Shown piece after piece: positions 11,617 through 21,342 of a stretch of DNA of 32,000 nt (the first letter of the stretch is position 1; every line of letters begins with the position of its first letter). The notes under the pieces were generated by a model. That model made no database searches. It was not told where the DNA came from and saw nothing but the letters and a program-made list of their open reading frames with translations. Origin of the DNA: Sulfolobus acidocaldarius DSM 639 (GTDB lineage Archaea; Thermoproteota; Thermoprotei_A; Sulfolobales; Sulfolobaceae); the NCBI RefSeq assembly GCF_000012285.1, contig NC_007181.1, forward strand, positions 90,001-122,000. Direction: 5' to 3'. Position numbers and translations under genes: made by a program.

Positions 11617-11877
11617 ATGGTTGAAGTGATTGATGCAACAAAATTGGAATGTCCTGAGCCATTTATGAAGACTGTAGCAAAGTTAATGGGAATGAAGGAA
11701 GGTACTGTAAAAGTGATGTTTAAAGACCCTAAATGTGTAGACATGATAGTTGAAGCAGTGAAGTTAATGGATTGCAATGTTCTTGAAAATACAAAACAAG
11801 GAGATGTTTTCAGTATAACAATTCAGAAAACTAGTTCTAGTAAAACCCCGAAAGAGATTAAAGCCAGTGGTTGTTAG
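11617..11877 (+). CDS. tusA: TusA-family sulfur carrier / sulfurtransferase
   Basis: Short protein with DATKLECPEPFMKTVAKLMGMKEG (TusA CPxP motif). Confidence 0.85.
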   Translation: MVEVIDATKLECPEPFMKTVAKLMGMKEGTVKVMFKDPKCVDMIVEAVKLMDCNVLENTKQGDVFSITIQKTSSSKTPKEIKASGC

Positions 11878-11943
11878 AAAGGTTACAAAGAAAAATAGTA
11901 TATATTTTTAAGTTTATAAAATATAATATTAGTATAAAAGTTT

Positions 11944-13017
11944 TTATTGCCTTATTGATTTCCCTAATTCTTCAGCTAGTTTCAGCAATGCACCCATAGT
12001 GTATCCAACATCTTTGTTATTTAGAGCACCTATTAGACCAAAAGTCCCAACTGGTTTTACTGAGGGTAAATCGTTGACCCAAGCCTTAAGCGCAACTCCG
12101 AATTTTTGTGTAAATAGGACTAACCCATCTACTACTTGAGGATCACTGAACACTTCCATTACCTTTAGTAGCCTATCTAATGCACCAGTTTTTTGTAAAT
12201 ATGTAAATCTTTCAAATAGTAAAAGTAAGGAGTTTATGTCAAGTTGTGATATTGTTCCGATTACTTTTTCACTGGTGAGTTGTTTGAACAATGGTGATAA
12301 CGATGTTAGTGCATTTATTGTTGACTCTAAGTCTATTGATTCAAGTAATTTAATGGTTTTCTCGCTGGTTAGTTTTTCTATTACTGGCCATATTGCTTGT
12401 ATTTTTGCTATTTGGTCCATTCCAAAGGATACAAGGGTATTTATAAGATCCGATTTTTGAACAGCATCTATAAGGTCTACTGCCTGCTGAATAAGGTTTA
12501 TCATTGCATCAAGCTGACCCTTTTTCTCCATTTCGTCAACTAATGAAGCTGTCTTATTGAGTACTGGTGCTAGCTTTTGAACTGAGTCCATTAATGAGTC
12601 TAGGTTAAGGCTTTCAATTGTTTTAATCGTCTTATCATTTGTTAGCTTCTGGACCAAAGGTAGATATTTTTCAAGGACATTTAGAAGATTGTCAACATCT
12701 AAGGTCTGATAGAAAGTTAGGGCTCTCTCACTGGTTAGTTTTTCTATTACTGGCCATATTGCTTGTATTTTTGCTATTTGGTCCATTCCAAAAGACATTA
12801 ACGCATTGATCAGATCAGCCTTTTGAACAGCATCTACCACTTCAACAGCCTGATCTAACATGTTTAGCATTGTGTCTAACTGACCCTTCCTATCCATCTC
12901 ATTTAGTTTTTCCGTGAGCTTTTCTATAGTAGAAAGTGAATCGACTAGTTTTGATATTCTTTGCATATTTTCAGGCGAAACAAGCTTTTCTAACGGATCT
13001 TCAAACATCTGAGACAA
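11944..13017 (-). CDS. DUF1641-like protein with internally duplicated module
   Basis: Two copies of GQLD(T/A)M(L/I)N...DAVQK(A/S)DLIN(A/T)L(M/V)[24 protein letters not shown]-terminal [31 protein letters not shown] resembles DUF1641. Confidence 0.75.
   Translation of the reverse strand: MSQMFEDPLEKLVSPENMQRISKLVDSLSTIEKLTEKLNEMDRKGQLDTMLNMLDQAVEVVDAVQKADLINALMSFGMDQIAKIQAIWPVIEKLTSERALTFYQTLDVDNLLNVLEKYLPLVQKLTNDKTIKTIESLNLDSLMDSVQKLAPVLNKTASLVDEMEKKGQLDAMINLIQQAVDLIDAVQKSDLINTLVSFGMDQIAKIQAIWPVIEKLTSEKTIKLLESIDLESTINALTSLSPLFKQLTSEKVIGTISQLDINSLLLLFERFTYLQKTGALDRLLKVMEVFSDPQVVDGLVLFTQKFGVALKAWVNDLPSVKPVGTFGLIGALNNKDVGYTMGALLKLAEELGKSIRQ
12365..12426. repeat. 62-bp direct repeat, copy 1 (inside the DUF1641-like gene)
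   Basis: ctggttagtttttctattactggccatattgcttgtatttttgctatttggtccattccaaa is identical to 12731-12792, offset 366 bp = 122 codons. Confidence 0.95.
12731..12792. repeat. 62-bp direct repeat, copy 2
   Basis: Identical to 12365-12426. Confidence 0.95.
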
Positions 13018-13216
13018 CTTTAATCTCCATATGTTTATTTGTATGCCATTTTATATCTTTTAATACAAATCTATGTGGAATAGTCGATATTCCCGTTTTC
13101 GTGTAGAGTAGTGTTCGCATGCGTTTGTATCCTTAACTATTCTAGTTTGAGGAAATTATTTGATTACGTAATACTCTCAATTTTTCCAGTAACCTCAACT
13201 TATTAAAGTTAGATAT

Positions 13217-13675
13217 TTAATGTGTAGATTCTGTTGTTTTCTTTTCTCTCATCAATCTCCTAAGCCAATTTAACACTTCCTCGTCATTATTATTTGATAA
13301 GTATTCTAAGTATCTTTCTAGGAATAGTTCGTAGGAACTAACGTTATACGTTTCCCTTATCCCTTTTAATGATGGAATTCTGCCGATCTTAAACGTATAT
13401 GACGTGTTTTTTCTCTTGGTAAACGTAATAACGGTAGTAAGTTTATCTGTGATTACTATTCTGGCTATTACATTACTCAGAAAGGATAAGGAGAATATAG
13501 TCTCATCCTTATTGCATGTAAATACTACGTTGTCATCAAATACTTTTAGTAAATTTTTTTCTTTTTTCTCCTTTACTATTACGTATCCCTGTTTTTCCAA
13601 TTCCCTCTTTATCTGCTCTACATCTTTGCTCTTCATCAATTCTTTTTCTTCAACCAGTATCCCGGGAAAATGCAC
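13217..13675 (-). CDS. hypothetical protein
   Basis: 152-aa ORF with balanced soluble composition, longer than its antisense alternative (13404..13679 +). Confidence 0.55.
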   Translation of the reverse strand: MHFPGILVEEKELMKSKDVEQIKRELEKQGYVIVKEKKEKNLLKVFDDNVVFTCNKDETIFSLSFLSNVIARIVITDKLTTVITFTKRKNTSYTFKIGRIPSLKGIRETYNVSSYELFLERYLEYLSNNNDEEVLNWLRRLMREKKTTESTH

Positions 13676-13855
13676 ATAAAATAATGGTTACGGTTGTTTT
13701 TTTATTTATCTATACATATTCACATGAAAATTATTGTGAGTAATAAGGTATTCATAAATTTTCTTTTTTAAACAATTTAAACTATCCCTATACCTTAAAA
13801 AAGAGAAAAACATACAAATGATAAATATGTATGTATCTCGATTTACTTTTTAATG

Positions 13856-13870
13856 AAAAGATTTAAATAT
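13856..13870 (+). promoter_or_regulatory. BRE/TATA-box promoter of the wHTH gene at 13892
   Basis: AAAAG-ATTTAAATAT centred about 27 bp upstream of the ATG, consistent with a leaderless archaeal transcript. Confidence 0.6.
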
Positions 13871-13891
13871 GAGTATTTAAAATGAATTAAT

Positions 13892-14302
13892 ATGGAAATG
13901 GGATCTAGTAGATTTAATATTGAGTTTGAACCAGCCAAAGTTAGATTACCATCAGGAAAGGAAATAAGATTAATTGAGGCGTTGAAGTTCTGCTATGACA
14001 TATCAGATACAGATTTTCAGGTATTAAAAGCACTAATAGGAAGCGATGGAAAAAATGAGGACGATTTAGCAGAACAATTGAAATTATCTAAAGCCTCCAT
14101 AAACAGGAGCGTAAATAAGCTAGTTTCTTTAGGCTTTGTAGAGAGGATGAAGGATGTATCCTCTAAGGGAGGTAGACCAAAATATATTTACAGAAGTATA
14201 CCAGTTGATAAATTGATAGAGAGAATTACAGAGGACTTTAAACGATGTGCTGAGCTGTTCGGAGCGGTTTTACCCAAAGAATTAAAGTTTAGCCAGCAAT
14301 GA
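13892..14302 (+). CDS. winged HTH transcriptional regulator, possibly Lrs14-like
   Basis: [64 protein letters not shown] is a typical wHTH with a GGRPKYxY wing. Confidence 0.8.
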   Translation: MEMGSSRFNIEFEPAKVRLPSGKEIRLIEALKFCYDISDTDFQVLKALIGSDGKNEDDLAEQLKLSKASINRSVNKLVSLGFVERMKDVSSKGGRPKYIYRSIPVDKLIERITEDFKRCAELFGAVLPKELKFSQQ

Positions 14303-14310
14303 TTTAGCCT

Positions 14311-15249
14311 GTGAAAATATTAATTACAGGTTTAGGATTTATTTCATCAAATGTAGCTTACTTTTTATCTCCGAAACATGACATAAAAATTACTTACAGG
14401 AGCCTTAATCCGGTTAAAGAGTTATACACTAAGATTCTAAAGGAAAAAGGCGTAGATACAACAAAGCTTGATGTAATTAATGAAACACAGAAATTGGAAG
14501 AGTTAGTAAAATCTAATGATCTAATCGTAAATTTCGTGGGAGATATTCAAGGGGACGAGAAAGTATTGTACATGGCTAATGTCGAAGTTCCATCAATTAT
14601 AGCGCAGGCGTGCAAAAAGTACAATAAGGTTATGATCCACGCAAGTGGTTCTACATACGGTGTAACAGGAAAAGTAACTATTGAGGAAAATCACGGCGAG
14701 GGTTTAAACCCATCAACCGCTTTTGAGAAAACTAAGCTACAAGGCGAGAAAGAGTTACTCAACATACTGGGTAAGAATGCCATCATACTAAGACCTACAT
14801 TGGTATATGGAAGATTTAACGCGCATGTGCAGTTCGTCACAATCTATAAGTTGGTTAAGCTGGGAATAATTCCAAAACTTGAAATAGAATTTCAACCTGT
14901 TAGTGCTAGATACATAGCTTATCTCATTGACTCCATAGCTAATGGTAAACTGCCCTCGAGAAATTACTTTTATGCTACTGAATGTTCACTTGTAAACTTA
15001 TCTGAATTCTTTCAGATATATGCTTCAACAATTAACAAGAAGGGGATACAAATTCCTATACCGAATAAGTTGGCTGAGATTGCATTACCTAAAGAGGTTA
15101 AGTCCCTATTAAAATATGCCGGAACGGTCTATGATTGTACAGTAATGAAGGAGTACGTCTCTAATATGGAGTTTGACAGGGAAGAGGTTATTGAAAATGC
15201 TAAGTTTCTCTCGACGTTAGATAAAAATAAAATACTTATTCCTACGTAG
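14311..15249 (+). CDS. NAD-dependent epimerase/dehydratase (extended SDR)
   Basis: ILITGLGFISSNVAYFL, HASGSTYGVTG, RPTLVYG. The catalytic YxxxK looks altered (STAFEKTK). Confidence 0.82.
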   Translation: MKILITGLGFISSNVAYFLSPKHDIKITYRSLNPVKELYTKILKEKGVDTTKLDVINETQKLEELVKSNDLIVNFVGDIQGDEKVLYMANVEVPSIIAQACKKYNKVMIHASGSTYGVTGKVTIEENHGEGLNPSTAFEKTKLQGEKELLNILGKNAIILRPTLVYGRFNAHVQFVTIYKLVKLGIIPKLEIEFQPVSARYIAYLIDSIANGKLPSRNYFYATECSLVNLSEFFQIYASTINKKGIQIPIPNKLAEIALPKEVKSLLKYAGTVYDCTVMKEYVSNMEFDREEVIENAKFLSTLDKNKILIPT

Positions 15250-15250
15250 A

Positions 15251-16054
15251 CTATGAAAATCTTTTTCTTATTTCATTATAATCTTCGTCCCTCAGGTCAA
15301 ATTTCATAACATCAGCTATTTCATCAATATGTGTTTTTTGTACGGCTTTTGGTATAGGTATTGATCTTCTCTTTAGATATGCTAATGCAACTTGTGCCTG
15401 CGTCTTGCCATATTTTAGTGCGATATCCTTCAACCTTGATTCTGAGGATATAGATCCCTGACCTAAAGGAGAGTACGCAATTATTGTTACTTTATTCTTC
15501 TCGGCAAACGGAATAACGTCCCTTTCTGGTGTCAGCCTATATATACTGTACTGAATTTGATTTGCTACTATTTCGTATTTCTTAGTGGAGTGTATGGCTT
15601 GGTCAAGTAACTTTACATCAAAATTACTAACTCCAATACATCTGACAACTCCCATATCAATTAGTTTCTCCATTGCTGATATTGTCTCCTCAACCTTCAC
15701 ATCAGGATTAGGCCAATGAATCAGATAAAGATCTATATATTTGGTGTTTAATCTCTTCAAACTAGCTAGCGCCGACTTTATTGTATCGTCATATTTAAGG
15801 TGATTAGGCCATACTTTTGTGGTTATAAAGAGGGACTCCCTATCAAAGTCAGCCACGGCTTTACCAACTATTTCTTCTGTGTGTCCTCCTCCATACATCT
15901 CTGCGGTATCGATTAGGTTTATTCCTTTATTTATAGTATATTTTATTGCTTCAATGTAAACATTATCGTTCCCGTGACCTGGAGTCCAATAATCTCCTCC
16001 CATCTTCCAAGTACCTAAACCTATACTACTAATTTTTTTATCACACAAGTTCAT
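15251..16054 (-). CDS. aldo/keto reductase
   Basis: GLGTWKMGGDY, GINLIDTAEMYGGGHTEEIVGKAV, YIDLYLIHWPNP, IGVSNFD, IPIPKAVQKTHIDE. Confidence 0.95.
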   Translation of the reverse strand: MNLCDKKISSIGLGTWKMGGDYWTPGHGNDNVYIEAIKYTINKGINLIDTAEMYGGGHTEEIVGKAVADFDRESLFITTKVWPNHLKYDDTIKSALASLKRLNTKYIDLYLIHWPNPDVKVEETISAMEKLIDMGVVRCIGVSNFDVKLLDQAIHSTKKYEIVANQIQYSIYRLTPERDVIPFAEKNKVTIIAYSPLGQGSISSESRLKDIALKYGKTQAQVALAYLKRRSIPIPKAVQKTHIDEIADVMKFDLRDEDYNEIRKRFS

Positions 16055-17295
16055 TTTAGTTCCCTCATTATCTCATTTATTGTTTCCAAATAAGAAGGAT
16101 GCGGGAATGGATACTCTGCAAGTTCTTTTACTTTAATGTTATATCTTATAGCTAATCCTAATACACTTACAATTTCTTCTGCTCTTTCAGAAAATGCAAC
16201 TGCTCCAATTACTTTATCATCCTCCACGCAAACTTTAACAAATCCTTCTGTCTCCTTCTCTGCGATAGCCCTCGTTAATGATGCCATATTCAATTTAACA
16301 CATTTACCTCTCGTTGTATCCCCCACATATGCTATCTGAGGTTTAGTGTAAATCACTTTTACTATGCCATCACTTCTATACCTAGAGGCTATTCCAGATG
16401 CATTATATCCTGCAGTTATTCCTTTGCTTATAGCCTCATGAGCAGTAAAACTTCCTGTGACATCTCCTGCGGCATACACTCCTCTAATTTCAGTCTCCAT
16501 AAACTCATTGACTTTTATCCATTTATCATGAGGTACTCCTTCGAAGCCGTTAACATTTGCTGTCCTTCCGAAACTCATTAGAATGATATCACCTTCTATT
16601 TCTTTTCCGTCATCTAGAACAACTTTATTCCTCTCAATCTTCTTAACTTCTTTACCTAGAAGGAGGCTAAACCCCATTTTTCTGAAGGTATATGTGACAG
16701 AGTTACGAAGATCAGGATCATGTCTAGGGAGAAGTAAATTCTCTTTTTCCACTACAAAAATCTCTTTACCTAATGCCCTAAGTAACCATCCGTATTCGAC
16801 TCCTCCTACGCCTCCTCCTATAATTACCACTTTTTGAAAGTCCCTATCTAGGTAAGGTAAGTCATCTGATGCAATTGAGCCTTGAACCTGTGGCTTTACA
16901 GTACCTGTAGCAATAATTATCTTGTCAGAACTTAAGGTCTGTCCGTTAACTTCTACTGAATTTCCCTTTAATATTGCTCTTCCATGTATAATATCTACGT
17001 TGTATTTTTCCAACATGTACTCGGTACCCTTACTTACTCTGTTTACTGCATTTATGCCCAATTCGCTAATTTCCTTAAAGTTGAATTCTATTTTACTGTT
17101 ACCCTTTACCTTTTCAATGCCTGAAGATAGAATTAAGGGGTGTAACATGGCTTTCGATGGTATGCATCCGTAAAGTACACAGGTTCCTCCTAGCCTATCC
17201 TCTTTTTCTACCAAAGTGACCTTATTTCCTAGTGAGGAAGAAGTTATAGCTGAGTATAGACCTGCAGGACCCGAACCAATTACGACGATTCGCAT
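16051..17295 (-). CDS. FAD-dependent pyridine nucleotide-disulfide oxidoreductase (dihydrolipoamide dehydrogenase-like)
   Basis: MRIVVIGSGPAGLYSAI, GGTCVLYGCIPSKAMLHP (redox CxxxxC), GGVGGVEYGWLLRALG, VYAAGDVTGSF, HPHPS/YPFPHPSYLE C-term. The ORF extends to 17334, but Met at 17295 places the GxGxxG at the N-terminus. Confidence 0.9.
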   Translation of the reverse strand: MRIVVIGSGPAGLYSAITSSSLGNKVTLVEKEDRLGGTCVLYGCIPSKAMLHPLILSSGIEKVKGNSKIEFNFKEISELGINAVNRVSKGTEYMLEKYNVDIIHGRAILKGNSVEVNGQTLSSDKIIIATGTVKPQVQGSIASDDLPYLDRDFQKVVIIGGGVGGVEYGWLLRALGKEIFVVEKENLLLPRHDPDLRNSVTYTFRKMGFSLLLGKEVKKIERNKVVLDDGKEIEGDIILMSFGRTANVNGFEGVPHDKWIKVNEFMETEIRGVYAAGDVTGSFTAHEAISKGITAGYNASGIASRYRSDGIVKVIYTKPQIAYVGDTTRGKCVKLNMASLTRAIAEKETEGFVKVCVEDDKVIGAVAFSERAEEIVSVLGLAIRYNIKVKELAEYPFPHPSYLETINEIMRELK

Positions 17296-17400
17296 AAATA
17301 TTCTTGTCCTTTGTAATTTAAAAATTAATTTCAATTACCTATGTTTTGGTACTTTGGTTTTTAATTTGTAGATAAAATGATTAAAATACAGTATAATAAG

Positions 17401-17410
17401 GTTTATAATC
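17401..17410 (+). promoter_or_regulatory. TATA-like element upstream of thiC
   Basis: GTTTATAATC about 25 bp upstream of the ATG at 17429, leaderless-type spacing. Confidence 0.5.
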
Positions 17411-17428
17411 TAGTTTATTGAATATCTT

Positions 17429-18718
17429 ATGATGTCCATAATCGAAGAAGCTAGGAGAGGTATAATAACAGATGAAATAAAAAGTATTAGTAAGTTAGAG
17501 AAAGTTTCTCCTGAAAAAGTAAGAAAAAGGATAGCTGAAGGTAAAATAATGTTACTTAGAAATGTTAAGAGACCCAGTAAAAAGTTAGTACCCATAGGTA
17601 AAGGTCTAACGACTAAGATAAACATCAATATTGGGACATCCAGTGAGGTAATTGATTTAGACATGGAGCTAGAGAAAGTTAAGATATCGAATAAGTGGGG
17701 AGATACTTTAATGGACTTATCCACTGGAGGGGACATAGACGAAATAAGGAGAAAAATTATAGATAAAAGCGACCTTCCTGTAGGTACGGTGCCAGTATAT
17801 CAGGCGTTCATACAGTCCTTCAAGAAGAAAAGTGGGGGAGCTTACTTCAGCGAAGACGAACTCCTAAGTATAGTTGAAAGACAACTAAAAGATGGTGTGG
17901 CATTCATGACAATTCATGCAGGTTTAACAAGAGAACTCGCTATTAGAGCTCTTAAAAGTGATAGAGTTATCCCAATAGTTTCTAGAGGAGGAGATATGAT
18001 CGCAGGATGGATGATACACAATGGTAAAGAAAATCCTTATCGAACTAACTGGAAATATTTACTAGAGCTTTTTAAGGAATATGATGCTACCATATCTCTG
18101 GGAGATGCATTAAGACCAGGTGCAACTGCAGACGCTCATGATGAGTTTCAGATAGGGGAGTTAATAGAAACTGCTAGACTTGTAAAGGATGCTATTAATA
18201 ACGGAGTTCAGGTTATGGTTGAAGGTCCTGGTCACGTTCCATTAAATGAAGTGGCATGGGATGTGAAACTAATGAAAAAGCTAACCGGAGGCGTTCCATA
18301 CTATGTATTAGGACCTTTAGTAATCGATGTTGGCGCACCATATGATCATATAGCCTCTTCTATAGGGGCTGCAATAGCCTCAGCTGCGGGAGCAGATCTA
18401 CTGTGTTATCTTACACCTGCAGAGCATCTCAGTTTACCTAACGCTAAGCAAGTTGAAGAAGGAGCTATAGCATATAGGATAGCAGCTCATGCTGGAGATA
18501 TAGTGAAATTAGGCAAGAAAGTTAGGAAATGGGATGATGAAGTAAGCTACTACAGGGGTAAACTGGAGTGGGATAAGATGATAGAGAAACTTATTGATCC
18601 TGAGCAGGCTTACAAGGTTTATACCCAATTTGGTGAACCCAATGTTAAAGCCTGTACTATGTGTGGTGGCTATTGCCCAATGATGTGGGCTATGGAACAG
18701 GTTAAAAAGATTGGCTGA
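17429..18718 (+). CDS. thiC: phosphomethylpyrimidine synthase ThiC
   Basis: [77 protein letters not shown] and the [4Fe-4S] motif [13 protein letters not shown]. Confidence 0.97.
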   Translation: MMSIIEEARRGIITDEIKSISKLEKVSPEKVRKRIAEGKIMLLRNVKRPSKKLVPIGKGLTTKININIGTSSEVIDLDMELEKVKISNKWGDTLMDLSTGGDIDEIRRKIIDKSDLPVGTVPVYQAFIQSFKKKSGGAYFSEDELLSIVERQLKDGVAFMTIHAGLTRELAIRALKSDRVIPIVSRGGDMIAGWMIHNGKENPYRTNWKYLLELFKEYDATISLGDALRPGATADAHDEFQIGELIETARLVKDAINNGVQVMVEGPGHVPLNEVAWDVKLMKKLTGGVPYYVLGPLVIDVGAPYDHIASSIGAAIASAAGADLLCYLTPAEHLSLPNAKQVEEGAIAYRIAAHAGDIVKLGKKVRKWDDEVSYYRGKLEWDKMIEKLIDPEQAYKVYTQFGEPNVKACTMCGGYCPMMWAMEQVKKIG

Positions 18719-18773
18719 CAAACAAAAAGATATACAATCACTTTTTTAGTATCTGTTATTTATCTTCCTTATA

Positions 18774-19628
18774 ATGTTAAAAGGCTCCATAATAACAGTC
18801 CTTGCTTCAACAGAAGCTGATGCCCTGAATATAGCTGAAAGATTAGGTAAAAGGGTTGAGTCAAGCATTTACTATAAGAAGTTTGGTGAACATATCAGGT
18901 CTATTCTTGTCCCTCAAAAGTTACTTGATCAAGCTGAGGCTCTAAGCGTATCATCCGCATTTTACTTGAAAATGAGCCAAATAACTTCTGTTGAGGGAGA
19001 ATTGGCTTTACTAGCAGAGGCTTCAGGACTGAAAGGTGTGGTACTCCCTCCAGAAGATAGTTCCGCATTTGAAAAAATCTTCAAGGATTTATCAATAGTT
19101 TCAATGGTTAGTAATGAATTTAAGGAAACAGATGGTGATGTGAACGATAAGGGTTATGTTTACGTTGATAGAGCATTTAATGTTAAGGGCGTTGGTACAG
19201 TAGTTTTAGGATTTTCGCTTACAGAAGTCAGACCTCACGACAAGTTGATAGCTTTGCCAATGAAGAAGGAGGTAGAGGTTAAGAGTATACAAGTTTTAGA
19301 TGAGGATCAGGAAGGGGTTTTGCCAGGTGTTAGAATAGGCTTTGCATTAAAGAATGTAAAGATCGAAGACATAGAGGGGGTAACAGCCTTAGTGAAGCCT
19401 AACATTAAGTTGGTCAACTCAATTCAAGGATTTACGAAGTTTAAGTGGACTTCAGATGCGGACTCAGTTCATGTAGTAGCAGGGGGCATTAAGACAATAG
19501 GAAAGATTGACGGTAATATCATTACCTTAAAAGACGAAATACCTATAACTGTAGGAAGAGTTATCTTACTAAATCTTAACGCTAAGCCCAAGAGTTCTAG
19601 GGTATATGGATATGCAGAGGTCAAATAA
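18774..19628 (+). CDS. EF-Tu/SelB-like translation factor paralogue lacking a recognisable GTPase motif
   Basis: FNVKGVGTVVLGFSLTEVRPHDKLIALPMKKEVEVKSIQVLDEDQEGVLPGVRIGFALKNV resembles translational GTPase domain 2. No GxxxxGK[ST], DxxG or NKxD. Confidence 0.72.
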   Translation: MLKGSIITVLASTEADALNIAERLGKRVESSIYYKKFGEHIRSILVPQKLLDQAEALSVSSAFYLKMSQITSVEGELALLAEASGLKGVVLPPEDSSAFEKIFKDLSIVSMVSNEFKETDGDVNDKGYVYVDRAFNVKGVGTVVLGFSLTEVRPHDKLIALPMKKEVEVKSIQVLDEDQEGVLPGVRIGFALKNVKIEDIEGVTALVKPNIKLVNSIQGFTKFKWTSDADSVHVVAGGIKTIGKIDGNIITLKDEIPITVGRVILLNLNAKPKSSRVYGYAEVK

Positions 19629-19677
19629 CTTCATAAATATAAATATCATTGAATTTTATTATAAGTAGGGGTATCTA

Positions 19678-19702
19678 GCCCTCTGACTGCCTCGCAGAGG
19701 GC
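19678..19702. repeat. perfect 8-bp inverted repeat / hairpin within a GC-rich block before pibD
   Basis: GCCCTCTG 19678-19685, 9-nt loop, CAGAGGGC 19695-19702. Confidence 0.85.
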
Positions 19703-19724
19703 TGTGTGAGGAGGGCTTCCTGCC

Positions 19725-20435
19725 GTGAATTTGATATATATATTACAAATAGTCTTGACTTCCATAATGTTAGCTCACACATCTTATCTTGATATTAAAA
19801 AGAGAGAAGTCGACCTAAAAATATGGGCTATCTACGCCCCTCTAGTAATCTTCTTCATATTCAACTATCCACATCTTAATCTGTTTCTATATTTATATTC
19901 AGTCATAACTGTAAATTTAATCATGTATTTTTTATACCGTTTCTCAATGATGGGAGGTGCAGATTTGATACTATCCATAATTCTGTCTCTCAGTAATGCC
20001 ACGACATATCCCATATTTTTCCCTAATCTTTCATCAGAAGGCTTTGAGCCTTTTCTAGTCATTCTGTACGGTTCTATAATCATACTCCTATCAGGCTTAG
20101 TCAATCTGTTCAGGAACTTAAAGTATACAAAAGGTTATTCATTGACGATAAGATTGAATCTTGCTATTTCTGCCAGGAGGATAAAAGTAAAGGATTTTCT
20201 ATCTTCAAAATTTCTATTCCCATTAACCGTAATAGATGAAAAAGGAAACCAGAGTATTAGAACTAGTTTTGATGTGGAAGAGGATGATGAAGAATGGAGA
20301 AAATTATATCGGGAGTATGTAGGGAAAGGTTTAATCAGAGAGGAAGATTATATTTGGGTTATGTGGGGTGTTCCAGTAATTCCATTTTTCTTCTTAGGCT
20401 ATTTAATAAGTCTTGTGATAGGTTTTCCTATATAG
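19725..20435 (+). CDS. pibD: archaeal class III signal peptidase / prepilin peptidase PibD-like
   Basis: GTG start. D23 in SYLDIKKREVD and D80 in MMGGADLIL match the two catalytic Asp positions known for Sulfolobus PibD. Polytopic membrane protein. Confidence 0.85.
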   Translation: MNLIYILQIVLTSIMLAHTSYLDIKKREVDLKIWAIYAPLVIFFIFNYPHLNLFLYLYSVITVNLIMYFLYRFSMMGGADLILSIILSLSNATTYPIFFPNLSSEGFEPFLVILYGSIIILLSGLVNLFRNLKYTKGYSLTIRLNLAISARRIKVKDFLSSKFLFPLTVIDEKGNQSIRTSFDVEEDDEEWRKLYREYVGKGLIREEDYIWVMWGVPVIPFFFLGYLISLVIGFPI

Positions 20436-20502
20436 ACTATATAAAATATTTAGTCAAAATACGAATAGATTTTATAATTTAAGATTTAGCAAGTATAGTG
20501 AA

Positions 20503-21342
20503 ATGTCATATCCAACTTCCGATCTAGATGCGTTAAATAAACTAAAAGACGCTTCTCTGTGGTTTATTATAATAGGCATACTATATTTCGTAGGTTTCTT
20601 TTTTGCATTAATAATAATTGTGCCATTAATACTTTATTTTGTAGTTGGAATACCTAAGTTAAGAGACGCGTTTCAAGCTTTTTCGAATCTAGGTAAGAAT
20701 GTTAATTTAGGCTTGACAGGACTTAACCTACTTATATACGGTTTTATAATAGCCTTTATCGGTGGAGTACTAACCTTCTTGGTACCCTTAGCTGGAGTTG
20801 CACTAGTTGGTGTAGGGGTTTTATTGATATTTGTGGCTCAGGTATTGATAGGAGTAGCTCTCTATAACATTGGTAATAGTTATAATTCTAGTTTAATGTC
20901 TATAGGCGGAATAGTTGAAATTTTCTTGAGCTTTATAGGCTGGATCCTAATTTATATTTCAATAGATGAGGTCATAAACAGATTTAGAGGCATGCCTGCA
21001 CAAAGTCCAACCACATTTGGTACACCTTCCTATCCTAGTGGTCCTACTTATATGCCTCCTGCAATTTATCAAGTTGGTACTGCATACCTCAAACCCAATG
21101 GTGAACTCAAGGTTACACTCTATTCAAATGTGGCAGGAATATCTATAATATCAGCTACAATAGAGGCGTTTTCAATAACAACGACCAATATATCTCCATC
21201 AGTGTTAAATCAAGGTAATAACCAAATTACAATACTCTTCCCAACAGTGACAGGTCTAAGTATAGGAGGAAACTATACTGTAGCATTATCTCTATCAAAC
21301 GGACAAGTAGTGAGGGTAACAGCGTTCTACACTAACATGTAA
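20503..21342 (+). CDS. DUF973-family membrane protein
   Basis: LDALNKLKDASLWFIIIGIL..., polytopic N-terminal domain plus extracellular beta-rich C-terminal domain, typical of Sulfolobales DUF973. Confidence 0.75.
   Translation: MSYPTSDLDALNKLKDASLWFIIIGILYFVGFFFALIIIVPLILYFVVGIPKLRDAFQAFSNLGKNVNLGLTGLNLLIYGFIIAFIGGVLTFLVPLAGVALVGVGVLLIFVAQVLIGVALYNIGNSYNSSLMSIGGIVEIFLSFIGWILIYISIDEVINRFRGMPAQSPTTFGTPSYPSGPTYMPPAIYQVGTAYLKPNGELKVTLYSNVAGISIISATIEAFSITTTNISPSVLNQGNNQITILFPTVTGLSIGGNYTVALSLSNGQVVRVTAFYTNM

Noticed and set aside
12236-12460. 74-aa plus-strand ORF in the DUF1641-like repeat region
   Set aside because: Antisense product of the repeat-containing gene; no independent support.
13404-13679. 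91-aa hydrophobic plus-strand ORF antisense to the 152-aa hypothetical gene
   Set aside because: Low-complexity S/T/I/F-rich translation typical of the complement of a Lys/Glu-rich gene. The minus-strand ORF is longer and more protein-like.
16136-17173. three plus-strand ORFs (67, 84, 83 aa) opposite the disulfide oxidoreductase
   Set aside because: Shadow ORFs of a convincingly conserved gene.
17335-17428. possible TPP riboswitch upstream of thiC
   Set aside because: The gap is short, AT-rich and lacks the conserved THI-box sequence elements; promoter spacing suggests a leaderless transcript.
17410-17736. 108-aa minus-strand ORF opposite thiC
   Set aside because: Antisense to a highly conserved ThiC N-terminus, with no motif of its own.
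19665-19724. tRNA or C/D box sRNA interpretation of the GC-rich block before pibD
   Set aside because: No acceptor/T-arm pattern (GTTCRA) and no RTGATGA C box. CTGA occurs but without a partner C box at the correct spacing.
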